Below are positions 20,358 through 30,473 of a stretch of 64,000 bases of DNA, piece by piece (positions within the stretch are counted from its first letter, which is position 1; every line of letters begins with the position of its first letter). The stretch comes from an uncultured Anaerolineaceae bacterium (lineage in GTDB: Bacteria > Chloroflexota > Anaerolineae > Anaerolineales > Anaerolineaceae): the NCBI GenBank assembly GCA_964420835.1, contig CAYQUO010000001.1:19643-83642 (forward strand). The letters run 5' to 3'. The position numbers and the translations under genes were made by a program. The notes beneath the pieces were generated by a model, which had not been told where the DNA came from, did no database searches, and saw only the letters and a program-made list of their open reading frames with translations.

Positions 20358-21610
20358 CACCGCTTGACCCCCACGAGATCCGGGAGCACTTTCCGGCTCT
20401 AAAACAACCCCATGTATACCTGGACAACCCCGGCGGCACACAGATCGCCCGGGAGAGTCTGCAGGCCATGGAAGCCTACCTGGTGGAGTGCAATGCCAAT
20501 CACGGCGGGTTGTTCCCCACCAGCATGGAATCGGATGCCCGCGTGCAGGATGCCCGGGTGGCCATGGCCGATTTTTTGAACGCCGCCCGGCCGGAGGAGA
20601 TCGTCTTTGGCCTGAATATGACCTCGCTGACCTACAACCTCAGCCGGGCGCTGGGCCGCACCTTTCGTTCCGGCGAAACCCTGCTGGTGACCCACATGGA
20701 CCACGATGGCAACATCTCCCCCTGGCTGCAGGTGGCCGAGGATCGCGGCATGCGCGTTCGCTGGGTGAAGTTCAACCGCCAGGATGGCACGCTGGACCTG
20801 GATGACCTGGCCAGGGCGCTGAAGGAAAGACCCCGCCTGCTGGCCTGCGGCTACGCCTCCAACCTGCTGGGAACAATCAACCCGATTGGCCGCATCCTGG
20901 AAATGGCGCACGAGGCCGGTGCGCTGGTGTACCTGGATGCCGTGCAATATGCCCCGCACGGGCCCATCGATGTGCAAAGCCTTGGCGCCGACTTTTTGGT
21001 CTGTTCGGCCTACAAGTTCTTTGGCCCGCATATGGGTGCGCTTTACGGGCGCCACGACCTGCTGGAAAACCTGCAGGCCTACCGGGTGCGCCCGGCCCCG
21101 CAGGACCCGCCGGGCAAGTTCGAGACCGGCACCGGCGCCTTTGAATCCATCTGCGGGCTGGCGGGTGTGCTGGAATACTTTGAATGGCTGGGCAAAACCT
21201 TTGGCGCCGAGCACCGCGAGCAGTACGCCGGCACCTACGACGGCCGCCGGCTGACCTTCAAAACCGCCATGACGGCCATCCGCGCCGGCGAGTTCGAGAT
21301 CAGCCGGGCGCTGCTGGAGGGGCTGCAGTCCATCCCGGGGGTGACGCTGTACGGCCTGAAGGACCTGCAGAAGATCGACCAGCGCGTACCGACCTTCTCT
21401 TTCACCCTGGCGGGCCGCAGCCCGGCCGGGGTTGCCAGGGCACTGGGGGAGAGGAATATCAACATCTGGAACGGCAATTTCTATGCACTGGCTATCACCC
21501 AGTACCTGGGGCTGGAGGACAAGGGGGGTGTTATCCGGGTCGGCCCGGTGCACTATAACACGCTCGACGAGATCCAACAGTTCCTGGACGCCATCCGCTC
21601 ACTCTCCTAG
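20354..21610 (+). CDS. class V aminotransferase, cysteine desulfurase / selenocysteine lyase-like
   Basis: It is a PLP fold-type I protein with SAYKFFGPH (Lys for PLP), THMDHDGN and LLGTINP. Length is 418 aa. Confidence 0.8.
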   Translation: MTPLDPHEIREHFPALKQPHVYLDNPGGTQIARESLQAMEAYLVECNANHGGLFPTSMESDARVQDARVAMADFLNAARPEEIVFGLNMTSLTYNLSRALGRTFRSGETLLVTHMDHDGNISPWLQVAEDRGMRVRWVKFNRQDGTLDLDDLARALKERPRLLACGYASNLLGTINPIGRILEMAHEAGALVYLDAVQYAPHGPIDVQSLGADFLVCSAYKFFGPHMGALYGRHDLLENLQAYRVRPAPQDPPGKFETGTGAFESICGLAGVLEYFEWLGKTFGAEHREQYAGTYDGRRLTFKTAMTAIRAGEFEISRALLEGLQSIPGVTLYGLKDLQKIDQRVPTFSFTLAGRSPAGVARALGERNINIWNGNFYALAITQYLGLEDKGGVIRVGPVHYNTLDEIQQFLDAIRSLS

Positions 21611-21619
21611 GCTGCGGCC

Positions 21620-22906
21620 ATGAAAAAGAGAACCAAGACCCTCCTGCTGGCTCTTTGCGGCCTTGTGGCTCTTGCCGGAGCCTCCATGGTCGTCCTGCCC
21701 TTTCGCCAGTCCATCGCCTGGCATTTTAACGACCTGCGCACCCGGTTGTTCTACAAACTGAACCCGCCGGAGGACACCGTCTTCCGGCCGGAGGAGAACG
21801 TGGAGAGCGCGGTCACCGCCACCTTCATGGCCATGACGGCCATGGTGCCAACACACACGGCCACGCTGCCGCCCAACCCCCCCGAGCCGACCATAACGCC
21901 CACCCCCCTGCCGGCCGCCATCAGCCTTAAGGGCACCCGCTACATGGACCAGCACGGCATCATGAACTACTGCGCCCCGGCCAACCTGGCCATGGCGCTC
22001 TCCTTCTGGGGCTGGGGTGGCACACGCCTGGACCCCGGCAAGTACCTGAAACCGAACGATAAAGACAAGAACGTGATGCCCTACGAGATGATCGACTACG
22101 TGAATACCCAGACCGTCTTCAAGGCCATCGGCCGGGAGGGCGGCACGCTGCACCTGGCAAAGGCGCTCATCGCCGGGGGCTTCCCGGTGCTCATCGAAAA
22201 GGGCGCTTACATCACGGATACCACGGGCACGCTGAGCTGGATGGGCCATTACAACCTGCTTACCGGCTACGATGACGCGGCCGGCAATTTCATCGTCCAG
22301 GATTCCTACTTCCAGCCCGACTACCTCATTCCCTATGCCACCATCCAGGACGAGTGGCGCTCCTTCAACTACACCTTCATCGTGGTCTACCCGTCCAACT
22401 ACGAAGAGCGGCTGTTTTCCATCCTGGGCGACTACGTCGACGAGCAGAAGAGTTACGAGATCGCCCTGCAGATCGCCTCCAACGAGACTGCCGCCCTGCA
22501 GCCGGTGAACCGCTTGTTCGCCTATTTCAATCGCGGCACCAGCCTGGTGAAGTTAAAGGACTACAGTGGGGCTGTTGTCGCCTACAACGAGGCTTTTCGC
22601 ATCGATGGAGAACTGGCGGAGGCCAAGGACCCCAAACGGCCCTGGCGCATCACCTGGTACGAGACCGGCCCTTACTTTGCCTACTATTACACGGGAAATT
22701 ATTCGAATGTCATTCAACTGGCAGATAAAACCTTAAGCCAGATGGCGGAGCCGAACCTGGAGGAAAGTTTCTACTGGCGGGCCATGGCAAGGAATGCCCT
22801 GGGCGACACCCAGGGCGCCCTGGCGGACCTGCGCGCCAGCCTGAAACATCACCCCGGCTTTGCCCCCAGCGAACAGCTCCTGATGCAGATGGGCTACTCC
22901 GGATGA
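21620..22906 (+). CDS. membrane-anchored peptidase C39-like domain + TPR protein
   Basis: It has an N-terminal signal/anchor. The C39_2-like Cys/His context is NYCAPANLAMALSFWGW ... MGHYNLLTGYD. The C-terminal half has TPR-like helices. Confidence 0.6.
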   Translation: MKKRTKTLLLALCGLVALAGASMVVLPFRQSIAWHFNDLRTRLFYKLNPPEDTVFRPEENVESAVTATFMAMTAMVPTHTATLPPNPPEPTITPTPLPAAISLKGTRYMDQHGIMNYCAPANLAMALSFWGWGGTRLDPGKYLKPNDKDKNVMPYEMIDYVNTQTVFKAIGREGGTLHLAKALIAGGFPVLIEKGAYITDTTGTLSWMGHYNLLTGYDDAAGNFIVQDSYFQPDYLIPYATIQDEWRSFNYTFIVVYPSNYEERLFSILGDYVDEQKSYEIALQIASNETAALQPVNRLFAYFNRGTSLVKLKDYSGAVVAYNEAFRIDGELAEAKDPKRPWRITWYETGPYFAYYYTGNYSNVIQLADKTLSQMAEPNLEESFYWRAMARNALGDTQGALADLRASLKHHPGFAPSEQLLMQMGYSG

Positions 22907-22910
22907 TGCG

Positions 22911-24164
22911 ATGCTGACCGTCCTCCATTTTGCAGATGCCCACATTGACATTGCCACCCAGGGGAAACACGACCCGGCCAGCGGCCTGCCGCTGCGGGCG
23001 ATGGACTTCCTGAAGGCCCTGGATGTGATCATCGACACCGCCCTGCAGGAAAGGGTGGACCTGGTGCTCTTCGCCGGCGATGCCTACAAGGACCGCACGC
23101 CCTCGCCCACCTTCCAGCGCGAGTGGGGGCGGCGCATCATGCGCCTTTCGGAGGCCGGCATACCCACCCTGCTGCTGGTGGGCAACCACGACCTTTCCCC
23201 GGCCATTGGCCGGGCGAACGCCCTGCACGAGTTCGACACCCTGCAGGTGCCGCACGTGCGGGTGGTGGGGCGGCCCGAGTTCATCCGCAAGGGCGAACTG
23301 GACGGCCTGCCACTGCAGATACTGGCCCTGCCGTGGATCACCCGCTCCGGGCTGATGGCCGCCCGCGGCACAGGGGAGGAAGGCGCCACCCCCGTCGACC
23401 GGGAGTTGATCGAGGGGCTGGATGGCTTGCTGCAGGGCTGGCTGGCGGAACTGGATGATGGCGTGCCGGCCATCCTAGCCGCCCACGCCTCGGTGGAGGG
23501 GGCGGTTTACGGCGGTGAGCGCAGCGTGATGCTGGGCGGCGACATCAACCTCCCCGGGCGCTTTGTGCGCGACCCGCGCCTGGATTATGTGGCCCTTGGC
23601 CACATCCACAAGCACCAGAACCTGAACCCGCAGAACAACCCGCCGGCGGTCTATCCCGGCTCGATTGAACGGGTGGATTTCGGCGAAGCTGCCGACGAAA
23701 AAGGGTTTGTGATCGCTCGGGTGGAACGTGGCAGCACCACCTGGGAATGGCGCCGCCTGGATGGCCGCCGCTTCATCGACCGGGCCCTCACGCTGAGCGG
23801 GGAGGACGCCTTCATGGAAAAGGTGTTCGCCGCACTGCCGTCCGAAGAAGAACTGGCCGGCGCCATTGTGCGCCTGGTGCTCACCTACCCGCGCCCGCTG
23901 GAGCCGATGCTGGACGAGCCCGCCCTGCGCCGCCGCATGGAGGGGGCTTTCGAGTTCCACCTGCAGCGTCGCCCGCAGACCGAGGTGCGCCTGCGCCTGG
24001 CGGGCGACCAGTTGATCACTTCCATCGGCCCGCTGGAACTGCTCGACCAGTACTGGAAGATCATCAACATCCCCGCCGGGGATGCCGGCCACCTGCAGGA
24101 ACTGGCCCGCCTGGTCATCGAAGGCACCCGGGAAGCGGAACCCCCGGCGGTGGGCGATGAATAA
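22911..24164 (+). CDS. sbcD: Mre11-type nuclease SbcD
   Basis: It carries calcineurin-like phosphoesterase motifs: LHFADAHID, FAGDAYKD, GNHD and GHIH. Confidence 0.85.
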   Translation: MLTVLHFADAHIDIATQGKHDPASGLPLRAMDFLKALDVIIDTALQERVDLVLFAGDAYKDRTPSPTFQREWGRRIMRLSEAGIPTLLLVGNHDLSPAIGRANALHEFDTLQVPHVRVVGRPEFIRKGELDGLPLQILALPWITRSGLMAARGTGEEGATPVDRELIEGLDGLLQGWLAELDDGVPAILAAHASVEGAVYGGERSVMLGGDINLPGRFVRDPRLDYVALGHIHKHQNLNPQNNPPAVYPGSIERVDFGEAADEKGFVIARVERGSTTWEWRRLDGRRFIDRALTLSGEDAFMEKVFAALPSEEELAGAIVRLVLTYPRPLEPMLDEPALRRRMEGAFEFHLQRRPQTEVRLRLAGDQLITSIGPLELLDQYWKIINIPAGDAGHLQELARLVIEGTREAEPPAVGDE

Positions 24165-24176
24165 GGGGGGGTTGCC

Positions 24177-25526
24177 GTGTCCGTGATCCTTGTGCAGGTT
24201 CTTGTCATCCTGCTCCTCATTCTGCTGAACGGGTTCTTCGCCATGGCGGAAATGGCCCTCATCTCGGCACACCCGGCGCGCCTGGAACCGCTGGCCGATG
24301 ACGGCGACACAGCCGCCCGCACCGCCCTGGAACTGGCCGGGAACCCCCGGCACATGCTTTCCACCGTGCAGGTGGGCATCACCCTCATCGGCATCCTGAA
24401 CGGCGCTCTGGGCGGCGTGACCCTGGGTGACGAGGCGGCCAAACTACTAGCGCGGGTTCCCTGGCTGCAGCGCCACAGCCTGGAACTGGGTGTAGTGCTG
24501 GTGGTGGTTCCCATCACCTACCTTTCGCTGGTGGTGGGCGAACTGATCCCCAAGCAAATTGCCCTGCGGGAGCCGGAAAAACTGGCCCGTTTTGCCGCCC
24601 GGCCGATGAAGGCGCTGGCCTGGCTGATGCGCCCGGTCATCTCCCTGTTGAACGGCTCCAGCGCGCTGGGCATGAAACTGCTCGGGCTTTCCAGTTCCAA
24701 CCGCCCAAGCATGACCGAGGACGAATTGAAGAGCGTGATCGAAGAGGGAACCCGTTCCGGTGTGCTGGAGGAAAGCGAACAGGACATCGTGGAAGGCGTC
24801 CTGCGCTTCGGCGGGCGGACGGTGGATGCCATCATGACCGCCCGCATCGACATCACCTGGCTGGACCTGAATGACCCCTTTGAGGTCAACCTGAAGAAGG
24901 TGCGTGAAAACCAGCGCAGCCTCTTCCCGGCCTGCATTGACAGCCTGGATGAGGTGCAGGGGGTGCTGCTGGCGAAGGATGTGCTGGCTGCGGCACTGGA
25001 ACAGCAGGAACCCAACCTGAAGAACCTGGTGCAACCGGTGCTTTACGCCCCCGAAAGCATGCCGGCACTGCGGCTGCTGGAGGAGTTCAAGCGCAGCGGG
25101 CAGCGGGCGGCCCTGGTGCTGGACGAGTTCGGCGGCGTGCTGGGGATGGTGACCCCCACCGATGTGCTCGAATCGATCGTGGGCGATTTCTCGGAGACCG
25201 ACGGGCAGGAGGAGCCCTCCGTGGTGCAGCGCGAGGATGGCTCCTGGCTGATGGACGGCCTTTTGCGGGTGGATGAACTGAAGGAGGTCCTGGACCTGGA
25301 TGCCCTGCCGGACGAGGAGCGGGTGGGCTACCAGACCCTCGGTGGCATGGTGATGAGTTGCCTGGGCAGCATCCCGGTCAGCGGCCAATCCTTCACCTGG
25401 AAGGGCCTGAGGTTCGAGGTCATGGACATGGATGGCAAACGTGTGGACAAGGTGCTTGTGGCCCCCGCCCGCGGGGCGGCTGAAGATGGCGCGGCAGGCA
25501 CGGAGGAGGAAAACGGCAGCGCATGA
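24177..25526 (+). CDS. CNNM/TlyC/CorC family membrane protein (DUF21 + CBS pair + CorC_HlyC)
   Basis: It has an N-terminal 4-TM DUF21 region (LLLILLNGFFAMAEMALIS) followed by a CBS pair. The C-terminus is CorC-like (GQSFTWKGLRFEVMDMDGKRVDKVLV). Confidence 0.85.
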   Translation: MSVILVQVLVILLLILLNGFFAMAEMALISAHPARLEPLADDGDTAARTALELAGNPRHMLSTVQVGITLIGILNGALGGVTLGDEAAKLLARVPWLQRHSLELGVVLVVVPITYLSLVVGELIPKQIALREPEKLARFAARPMKALAWLMRPVISLLNGSSALGMKLLGLSSSNRPSMTEDELKSVIEEGTRSGVLEESEQDIVEGVLRFGGRTVDAIMTARIDITWLDLNDPFEVNLKKVRENQRSLFPACIDSLDEVQGVLLAKDVLAAALEQQEPNLKNLVQPVLYAPESMPALRLLEEFKRSGQRAALVLDEFGGVLGMVTPTDVLESIVGDFSETDGQEEPSVVQREDGSWLMDGLLRVDELKEVLDLDALPDEERVGYQTLGGMVMSCLGSIPVSGQSFTWKGLRFEVMDMDGKRVDKVLVAPARGAAEDGAAGTEEENGSA

Positions 25527-28084
25527 TCCCCGTCCGACTGCGGCTTTCCGGGTTCCTTTCCTACCGCCAGCCGGCGGAACTGGATTTTAGCGCCTTTGAC
25601 CTGGCCTGCATTTCCGGCGCCAACGGGGCGGGAAAGTCCTCGCTGCTGGATGCCATCACCTGGGTGCTCTTTGGGCAGGCGCGCCGGCGCGACGATTCGC
25701 TCATCCACAGCCGGGCCGGCAGCAGTGCCGATGTGAGCCTGGAATTCATCCACGAGGGCATCCTGTACCGGGCACAGCGCATGAAGGCGCCCGGAAAGAG
25801 CGCCGTGCTGGAACTGCAGCAGCAGGGCGAGGGCGGCTGGCGTCCGCTCACCGAACACAGCCTGCGGGGGACCGAGGAGCGCATCCAGCGCATCCTTGGC
25901 CTGGATTACGACACTTTTATTAACGCCTCCTTTTTTTTGCAGGGCAAGGCGGACCAGTTCGCCCAGCAGCGCCCCGGGAGGCGCAAGGAGATCCTGGGGA
26001 ACATCCTGGGGCTGGAGGTTTGGGAGGAGTACCGCGCGGCGGCCAAAACAAGGCGCCAGGCGGTGGAAACCGACCTGGCCGGGGTGGACAGCCGCCTGGA
26101 GGAGATCGAAGCTGAACTTGGGCTGGAAGGGGAACGGCGCGCCCGCCTGAAGCAACTGGAGGAGGACCTGGCGCGCCTGGCGACCCTGCGCGGCAGCATG
26201 GAAACCACGTTAAAGAGCCTGCGCACCCTGGCAGATACGCTGGAACAGCAGCGTCAACTGGTTGCCAACCTGGAAACCCAGGCCCAGACCGCCCGCCAGC
26301 GCCGCGACGACCTGGCAGCCCGCCTGGAGGAACGCCGCTCCGAACTGGGGCAGTACCAGGAGCGCATCCGCAACGCAAAGAAGATCGAAAAAGCCCACAA
26401 AGCCTGGCTGGCGGCGCGCGCTGAACTGGAGCGTTGGGAGCAGACGGCTGCCAATTTCCATCAGTTCGAATCCCTGCGCTCCAAACCCCTGCTGGCCCTG
26501 GAAGCCGAGCGGGCACGCCTGGAGCAGGAAGGAACCGCCCTGGAGGCGGAGCAGCAGGCCGTGAACGCCTCGGCGGAGGAGGAAAAGGGCCTTGCCGGGC
26601 AGACCGCCCAACTGGAGGAACAGATCACCAGCCTTGAAGCCACTGCAGCCGGCCGGCCAGGGCTGGAAGCGGAACAGGCCGCCCTGCAAACGGCCGTGGC
26701 CGAACTGCAGGCCGAAAACCGCCGCTGGCGCGAGGCCATGAACGAACTGAAGGAACGCATTGACCGGTTACACGGGGCCACGGGGGCGGATTGCCCCCTG
26801 TGCGGACAGCCGCTGGAAGCCGGCAGCCGCGAAGCCCTGGTGCGGCAACTGGAGGAGCAGGGCCGGGAGATGGGCGACCGCTACCGGGCCAACCAGGAGG
26901 CGCAGAAACAGAGCGAGGCCCGGGCACGGGAGATCGAATCTGCGCTGCAGGCGGTTCAGAAGGCTGGCGAGGAACAGCGAAACCTGCAGCGCCAGCACGA
27001 CCAACTGCAGGCCCGCCGCGAACAACTGGCCCGGAAGATCGGGGAATGGGAACAGGGCGGGGGGCGCAGGCTTCCCGAGGTTCTGCGCATTCTGCAGGCC
27101 GGCGAATATGCGCCCGAGGCCCGGGCCGAGTTGGCCCGGGTGGACGCCCGGCTGCAGGAACTGGGCTACGATGCAGCCGCCCACGATGCCGCCCGCAAGG
27201 CCGAGCAGGAAGGCCGCCAGGCCGACGACGAGATGCGCCAGTTGGAGGCCGCCCGGGCAGCCCTGGGGCCGCTGCAGCGGGAGGTGGGCGAAATGGAGCA
27301 GCAGTTGCAGGCCGCCGCAAGCGAGGTTGAGGCGGCAGAGACAGCCTGGCAGCAGGCCCGCGCCCGCCACGAAGAAGAAAGCAAAACCCTGCCCGACCTG
27401 CGCCAGGCCGAACTGGACCTGCTGGATACACAGAGCGAGGAGAACCGGCTGCGCCTCGAGGTGGGTGGCGCCCGCCAGGCCGTGGACGTGTTAAAGAAGT
27501 TGACCGCCCGCAAGGCGGACCTGGCTGGAAGGCGCGAGGAACTGGCCCGCCTCATCGCCCATTACCGCGTGCTGGACAAGGCCTTCGGACCGGATGGCGT
27601 GCCGGCGCTGCTCATCGAGCAGGCATTGCCGGAGATCGAGTCCCAGGCCAACGAGGTGCTGGACCGGTTAACAGCGGGGGGAATGTCGCTCAAGTTTGAG
27701 ACCCAGCGCGAGTATCGCGACCGTCACCGCCAGGACCGCCAGGAGACGCTGGACATCCTGATCAGCGACTCCACCGGGCGCCGGGAGTACGAACTGTTCT
27801 CGGGCGGCGAGGCATTCCGCATCAACTTTGCCATCCGCCTGGCGCTCTCCCGGGTTCTGGCCAGGCGTTCCGGATCGCACCTGCAAACCCTGGTCATCGA
27901 CGAGGGCTTCGGCAGCCAGGATGCAGAAGGGCGCCAGCGCCTGATCGAGGCGATCAACCTGGTGCGGCCGGATTTTGCCAAGATCCTGGTCATCACCCAC
28001 CTGGAGGAATTGAAGGATGTCTTCCCGGCGCGCATCGAGGTGGAAAAAACGCCCGGCGGTTCCACCCTGCGGGTGGTGGCATGA
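25523..28084 (+). CDS. sbcC: Rad50-type SMC-like ATPase SbcC
   Basis: It has Walker A GANGAGKSS, a long coiled coil and a central zinc hook (CPLCGQPL, near 26790-26810). The signature SGGE and Walker B LVIDEGFG are present. The start overlaps the upstream stop (ATGA). Confidence 0.87.
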   Translation: MIPVRLRLSGFLSYRQPAELDFSAFDLACISGANGAGKSSLLDAITWVLFGQARRRDDSLIHSRAGSSADVSLEFIHEGILYRAQRMKAPGKSAVLELQQQGEGGWRPLTEHSLRGTEERIQRILGLDYDTFINASFFLQGKADQFAQQRPGRRKEILGNILGLEVWEEYRAAAKTRRQAVETDLAGVDSRLEEIEAELGLEGERRARLKQLEEDLARLATLRGSMETTLKSLRTLADTLEQQRQLVANLETQAQTARQRRDDLAARLEERRSELGQYQERIRNAKKIEKAHKAWLAARAELERWEQTAANFHQFESLRSKPLLALEAERARLEQEGTALEAEQQAVNASAEEEKGLAGQTAQLEEQITSLEATAAGRPGLEAEQAALQTAVAELQAENRRWREAMNELKERIDRLHGATGADCPLCGQPLEAGSREALVRQLEEQGREMGDRYRANQEAQKQSEARAREIESALQAVQKAGEEQRNLQRQHDQLQARREQLARKIGEWEQGGGRRLPEVLRILQAGEYAPEARAELARVDARLQELGYDAAAHDAARKAEQEGRQADDEMRQLEAARAALGPLQREVGEMEQQLQAAASEVEAAETAWQQARARHEEESKTLPDLRQAELDLLDTQSEENRLRLEVGGARQAVDVLKKLTARKADLAGRREELARLIAHYRVLDKAFGPDGVPALLIEQALPEIESQANEVLDRLTAGGMSLKFETQREYRDRHRQDRQETLDILISDSTGRREYELFSGGEAFRINFAIRLALSRVLARRSGSHLQTLVIDEGFGSQDAEGRQRLIEAINLVRPDFAKILVITHLEELKDVFPARIEVEKTPGGSTLRVVA

Positions 28085-29199
28085 GCCTGATCGAAGCCCG
28101 CCTGGGGTTGCAGCAGCGCGTGCTGCCCGCCTACCGGGCGGCATTTTTTGATGCCCTGGCCGGGCGCTGCCGCGGCGGGCTGGAGGTGTTCGCCGGGCAG
28201 GCGCGCCGCGGGGAGGCCCTGGGCCAGACCGCCCGCCTGGAAAAGGCCCGCCTGACGCAGGGGCGCAACCTGCACCTGTTCGGTGGCAGCCTGTACCTGT
28301 GCTGGCAGGACGGGTTGATGGCCTGGCTGGAGACGGTGCAGCCGCAGGCGCTGGTGGTGGAGGCCAACCCGCGCTACCTGCGCACCCGGCAGGCCGTGCG
28401 CTGGATGCACCGCCGCGGCCGGCCGGTGATCGGCTGGGGGTTGGGGTTGCGGCCCGGAGGGGGGCTGCCGGCGGGGGTGCTGCGCCGGGGCCTGTTGGGC
28501 AGCCTGGATGCCCTGCTGACCTACTCGCCGCAGGGGATGGAGGAATATCAACAGGCCGGCTTCCCGGCGGAGCGCATCTTCGTTGCGCCCAACGCCGTCA
28601 TGCCCAGGCCCGCCTCTCCCCCGCCGCCGCGCCCGGAGGGGTACCGGGGCGGACGCCCGGTGGTGCTGTTCACCGGGCGACTGCAGGAGCGCAAGCGGGT
28701 GGACCTGCTGCTGCGCGCCTGTGCCGCCCTGCCCGGGCGCCTGCAACCAATCCTGTGGGTGGTGGGCGATGGTCCGGCGCGCAGGCATCTTGAAGCCCTG
28801 GCCGGCAGCATCTATCCGCAGGCGGAATTCACGGGCAGCCTGTACGGCCCCGAACTGGAGCGCCGTTTTGGCGGAGCCGACCTTTTTGTGCTTCCAGGGA
28901 CGGGCGGGCTGGCGCTTCAGCAGGCCATGTCCTTCGGATTGCCGGTGATCTCGGCGGAGGCCGACGGCACCCAGGCCTGCCTGGTGACCCCGGGCAACGG
29001 CTGGATCATCCCCCCGGGGGACCTGGCAGCCCTCAGCGAACTGCTGCAGACCGCCCTGCAGGACCCTGCCACCCTGCGCCGCATGGGGCGGGAATCCTTC
29101 CGCATCGCCTCGGAAGAGGTGAACGTTGAAGCCATGGTGGATGCGTTCGCCCGGGCGGTGAACTTTGCCCTGGGAGGCCGGGCATGCACATCCTGCTGA
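28081..29199 (+). CDS. glycosyltransferase, GT-B fold (GT4-like)
   Basis: The C-terminal half reads VLFTGRLQERKRVDLL...LPGTGGLALQQAMSFGLPVISAE, which is typical of family-1 glycosyltransferases. The start overlaps the sbcC stop (ATGA). Confidence 0.7.
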   Translation: MSLIEARLGLQQRVLPAYRAAFFDALAGRCRGGLEVFAGQARRGEALGQTARLEKARLTQGRNLHLFGGSLYLCWQDGLMAWLETVQPQALVVEANPRYLRTRQAVRWMHRRGRPVIGWGLGLRPGGGLPAGVLRRGLLGSLDALLTYSPQGMEEYQQAGFPAERIFVAPNAVMPRPASPPPPRPEGYRGGRPVVLFTGRLQERKRVDLLLRACAALPGRLQPILWVVGDGPARRHLEALAGSIYPQAEFTGSLYGPELERRFGGADLFVLPGTGGLALQQAMSFGLPVISAEADGTQACLVTPGNGWIIPPGDLAALSELLQTALQDPATLRRMGRESFRIASEEVNVEAMVDAFARAVNFALGGRACTSC

Positions 29200-30407
29200 T
29201 CGCCGACGGGCGCAGCCCGATCACTCTGGGCTGGATCCGCAGCCTGCAGGCGATCCCCCATGCCGTTTCGCTCATCTCCACCTACCCCTGCGATCCCCCC
29301 TCCGGCCTGGAGCATTTTGCCGTGCTGCCGGCCGCCTTTGCCTTCCTGGGTGGCAGCCAGGCCGGCAGAAGCCGAGAACTGAACCGCCCGGGGCGGGCGC
29401 GCCGGCTGGTGAGCCGATTTCGCCGGGCCTTCCTGGCCAGCCGTTACCTGCTGGGCCCGCTGACGCTTCTCGGCGCTGCACGGCGCTACCGCCGCCTGCT
29501 GGAGGAGGTGAAGCCGGACCTGGTGCACGCCCTGCGCATCCCCTTCGAGGGCATGCTGGCGGCCGGCACCCCGCCGGATACCCCGCTGGCCGTTTCCATT
29601 TGGGGCAACGACCTGACCCTGCACGCCCGTGGTTCCCCCTTGATGGGGGCAGCCACCCGGCGCACACTGCGGCGTGCGGATGGCCTGCTGGCCGATACCC
29701 GGCGCGACCTGCGGCTGGCGCAGGCCTGGGGATTTGACCCCCAACGGCCTTCGGCGGTGGTGCCCGGCGGGGGCGGGGTGGACCTGGAGGAAATCGACCG
29801 GCTGAGGGAACGTCCACCGGACATCCCGCTGGAACTGCTGCCGCGGGGCGTGCCCCTGGTGGTGAACCCGCGCGGCTTCCGTCCCGGCAGTGTGCGCAAC
29901 GATACGTTCTTTAAGGCCGTGCCGCTGGTGCTGGAACGCCAGCCGAAGGTTTGCTTTGCCTGCTGCGGCATGGCCGGCCAGCCGGAAGCCCTGCATTGGC
30001 TGGAGCGCTTGGGCATCGTCGGCCAGGTGCGCCTTCTGCCTTTCCTTTCACAAGTGGAACTGTGGGAATTGTTCCTGCGGGCCGCGGTGACCGTCTCGGT
30101 CAGCCAGCACGATGGAACGCCCAACTCGCTGCTGGAGGCCATGGCCTGCGGTTGTTTCCCGGTGGCGGGAGACATCGAATCGCTGCGCGAGTGGATCACC
30201 CCCGGCTTGAACGGGCTGCTGTGCCCCCCGGACGACCCGGCCGCCCTGGCCGAAGCCATTTTACAGTCGCTGGAGAGCGAAGCGCTGCGTGCCCGTGCCG
30301 CCCGGGTGAACCGGGAGATCATCCTGGAGCGCGCCGGGCGCCGCCAGGTGCGGCAGGCCATCGCCGGCTTTTACACCGCCCTGCAGCCTGGCAGGGCCTC
30401 TCCCTGA
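29184..30407 (+). CDS. glycosyltransferase, GT-B fold (GT4-like)
   Basis: It begins MHILLIADGRSPIT and contains DGTPNSLLEAMACGCFPVAGD (EX7E region). It overlaps the previous GT gene by 16 nt. Confidence 0.75.
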   Translation: MHILLIADGRSPITLGWIRSLQAIPHAVSLISTYPCDPPSGLEHFAVLPAAFAFLGGSQAGRSRELNRPGRARRLVSRFRRAFLASRYLLGPLTLLGAARRYRRLLEEVKPDLVHALRIPFEGMLAAGTPPDTPLAVSIWGNDLTLHARGSPLMGAATRRTLRRADGLLADTRRDLRLAQAWGFDPQRPSAVVPGGGGVDLEEIDRLRERPPDIPLELLPRGVPLVVNPRGFRPGSVRNDTFFKAVPLVLERQPKVCFACCGMAGQPEALHWLERLGIVGQVRLLPFLSQVELWELFLRAAVTVSVSQHDGTPNSLLEAMACGCFPVAGDIESLREWITPGLNGLLCPPDDPAALAEAILQSLESEALRARAARVNREIILERAGRRQVRQAIAGFYTALQPGRASP

Positions 30408-30418
30408 TCCGCAGGATA

Positions 30419-30442
30419 AAAAAAACCTGCTCAACGCAGGCT
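30419..30442 (-). terminator. rho-independent terminator for the 30474-31406 gene
   Basis: On the minus strand, GCCUGC-guuga-GCAGG is followed by U8 (the A-run at 30419-26 on the plus strand). Confidence 0.6.
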
Positions 30443-30473
30443 GAGGAAACCCGTTTGGGAAAACCTCGGGGGC

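Noticed and set aside
26200-27500. A cluster of long alternative-frame ORFs on both strands inside sbcC (for example 26625-27431(-) and 26760-27494(+)).
   Set aside because: All are Ala/Arg/Pro/Gly-rich. They arise from the GC-rich, repetitive codon usage of the SbcC coiled-coil region (EAELQRL-type heptads in the real frame) and have no independent signals.
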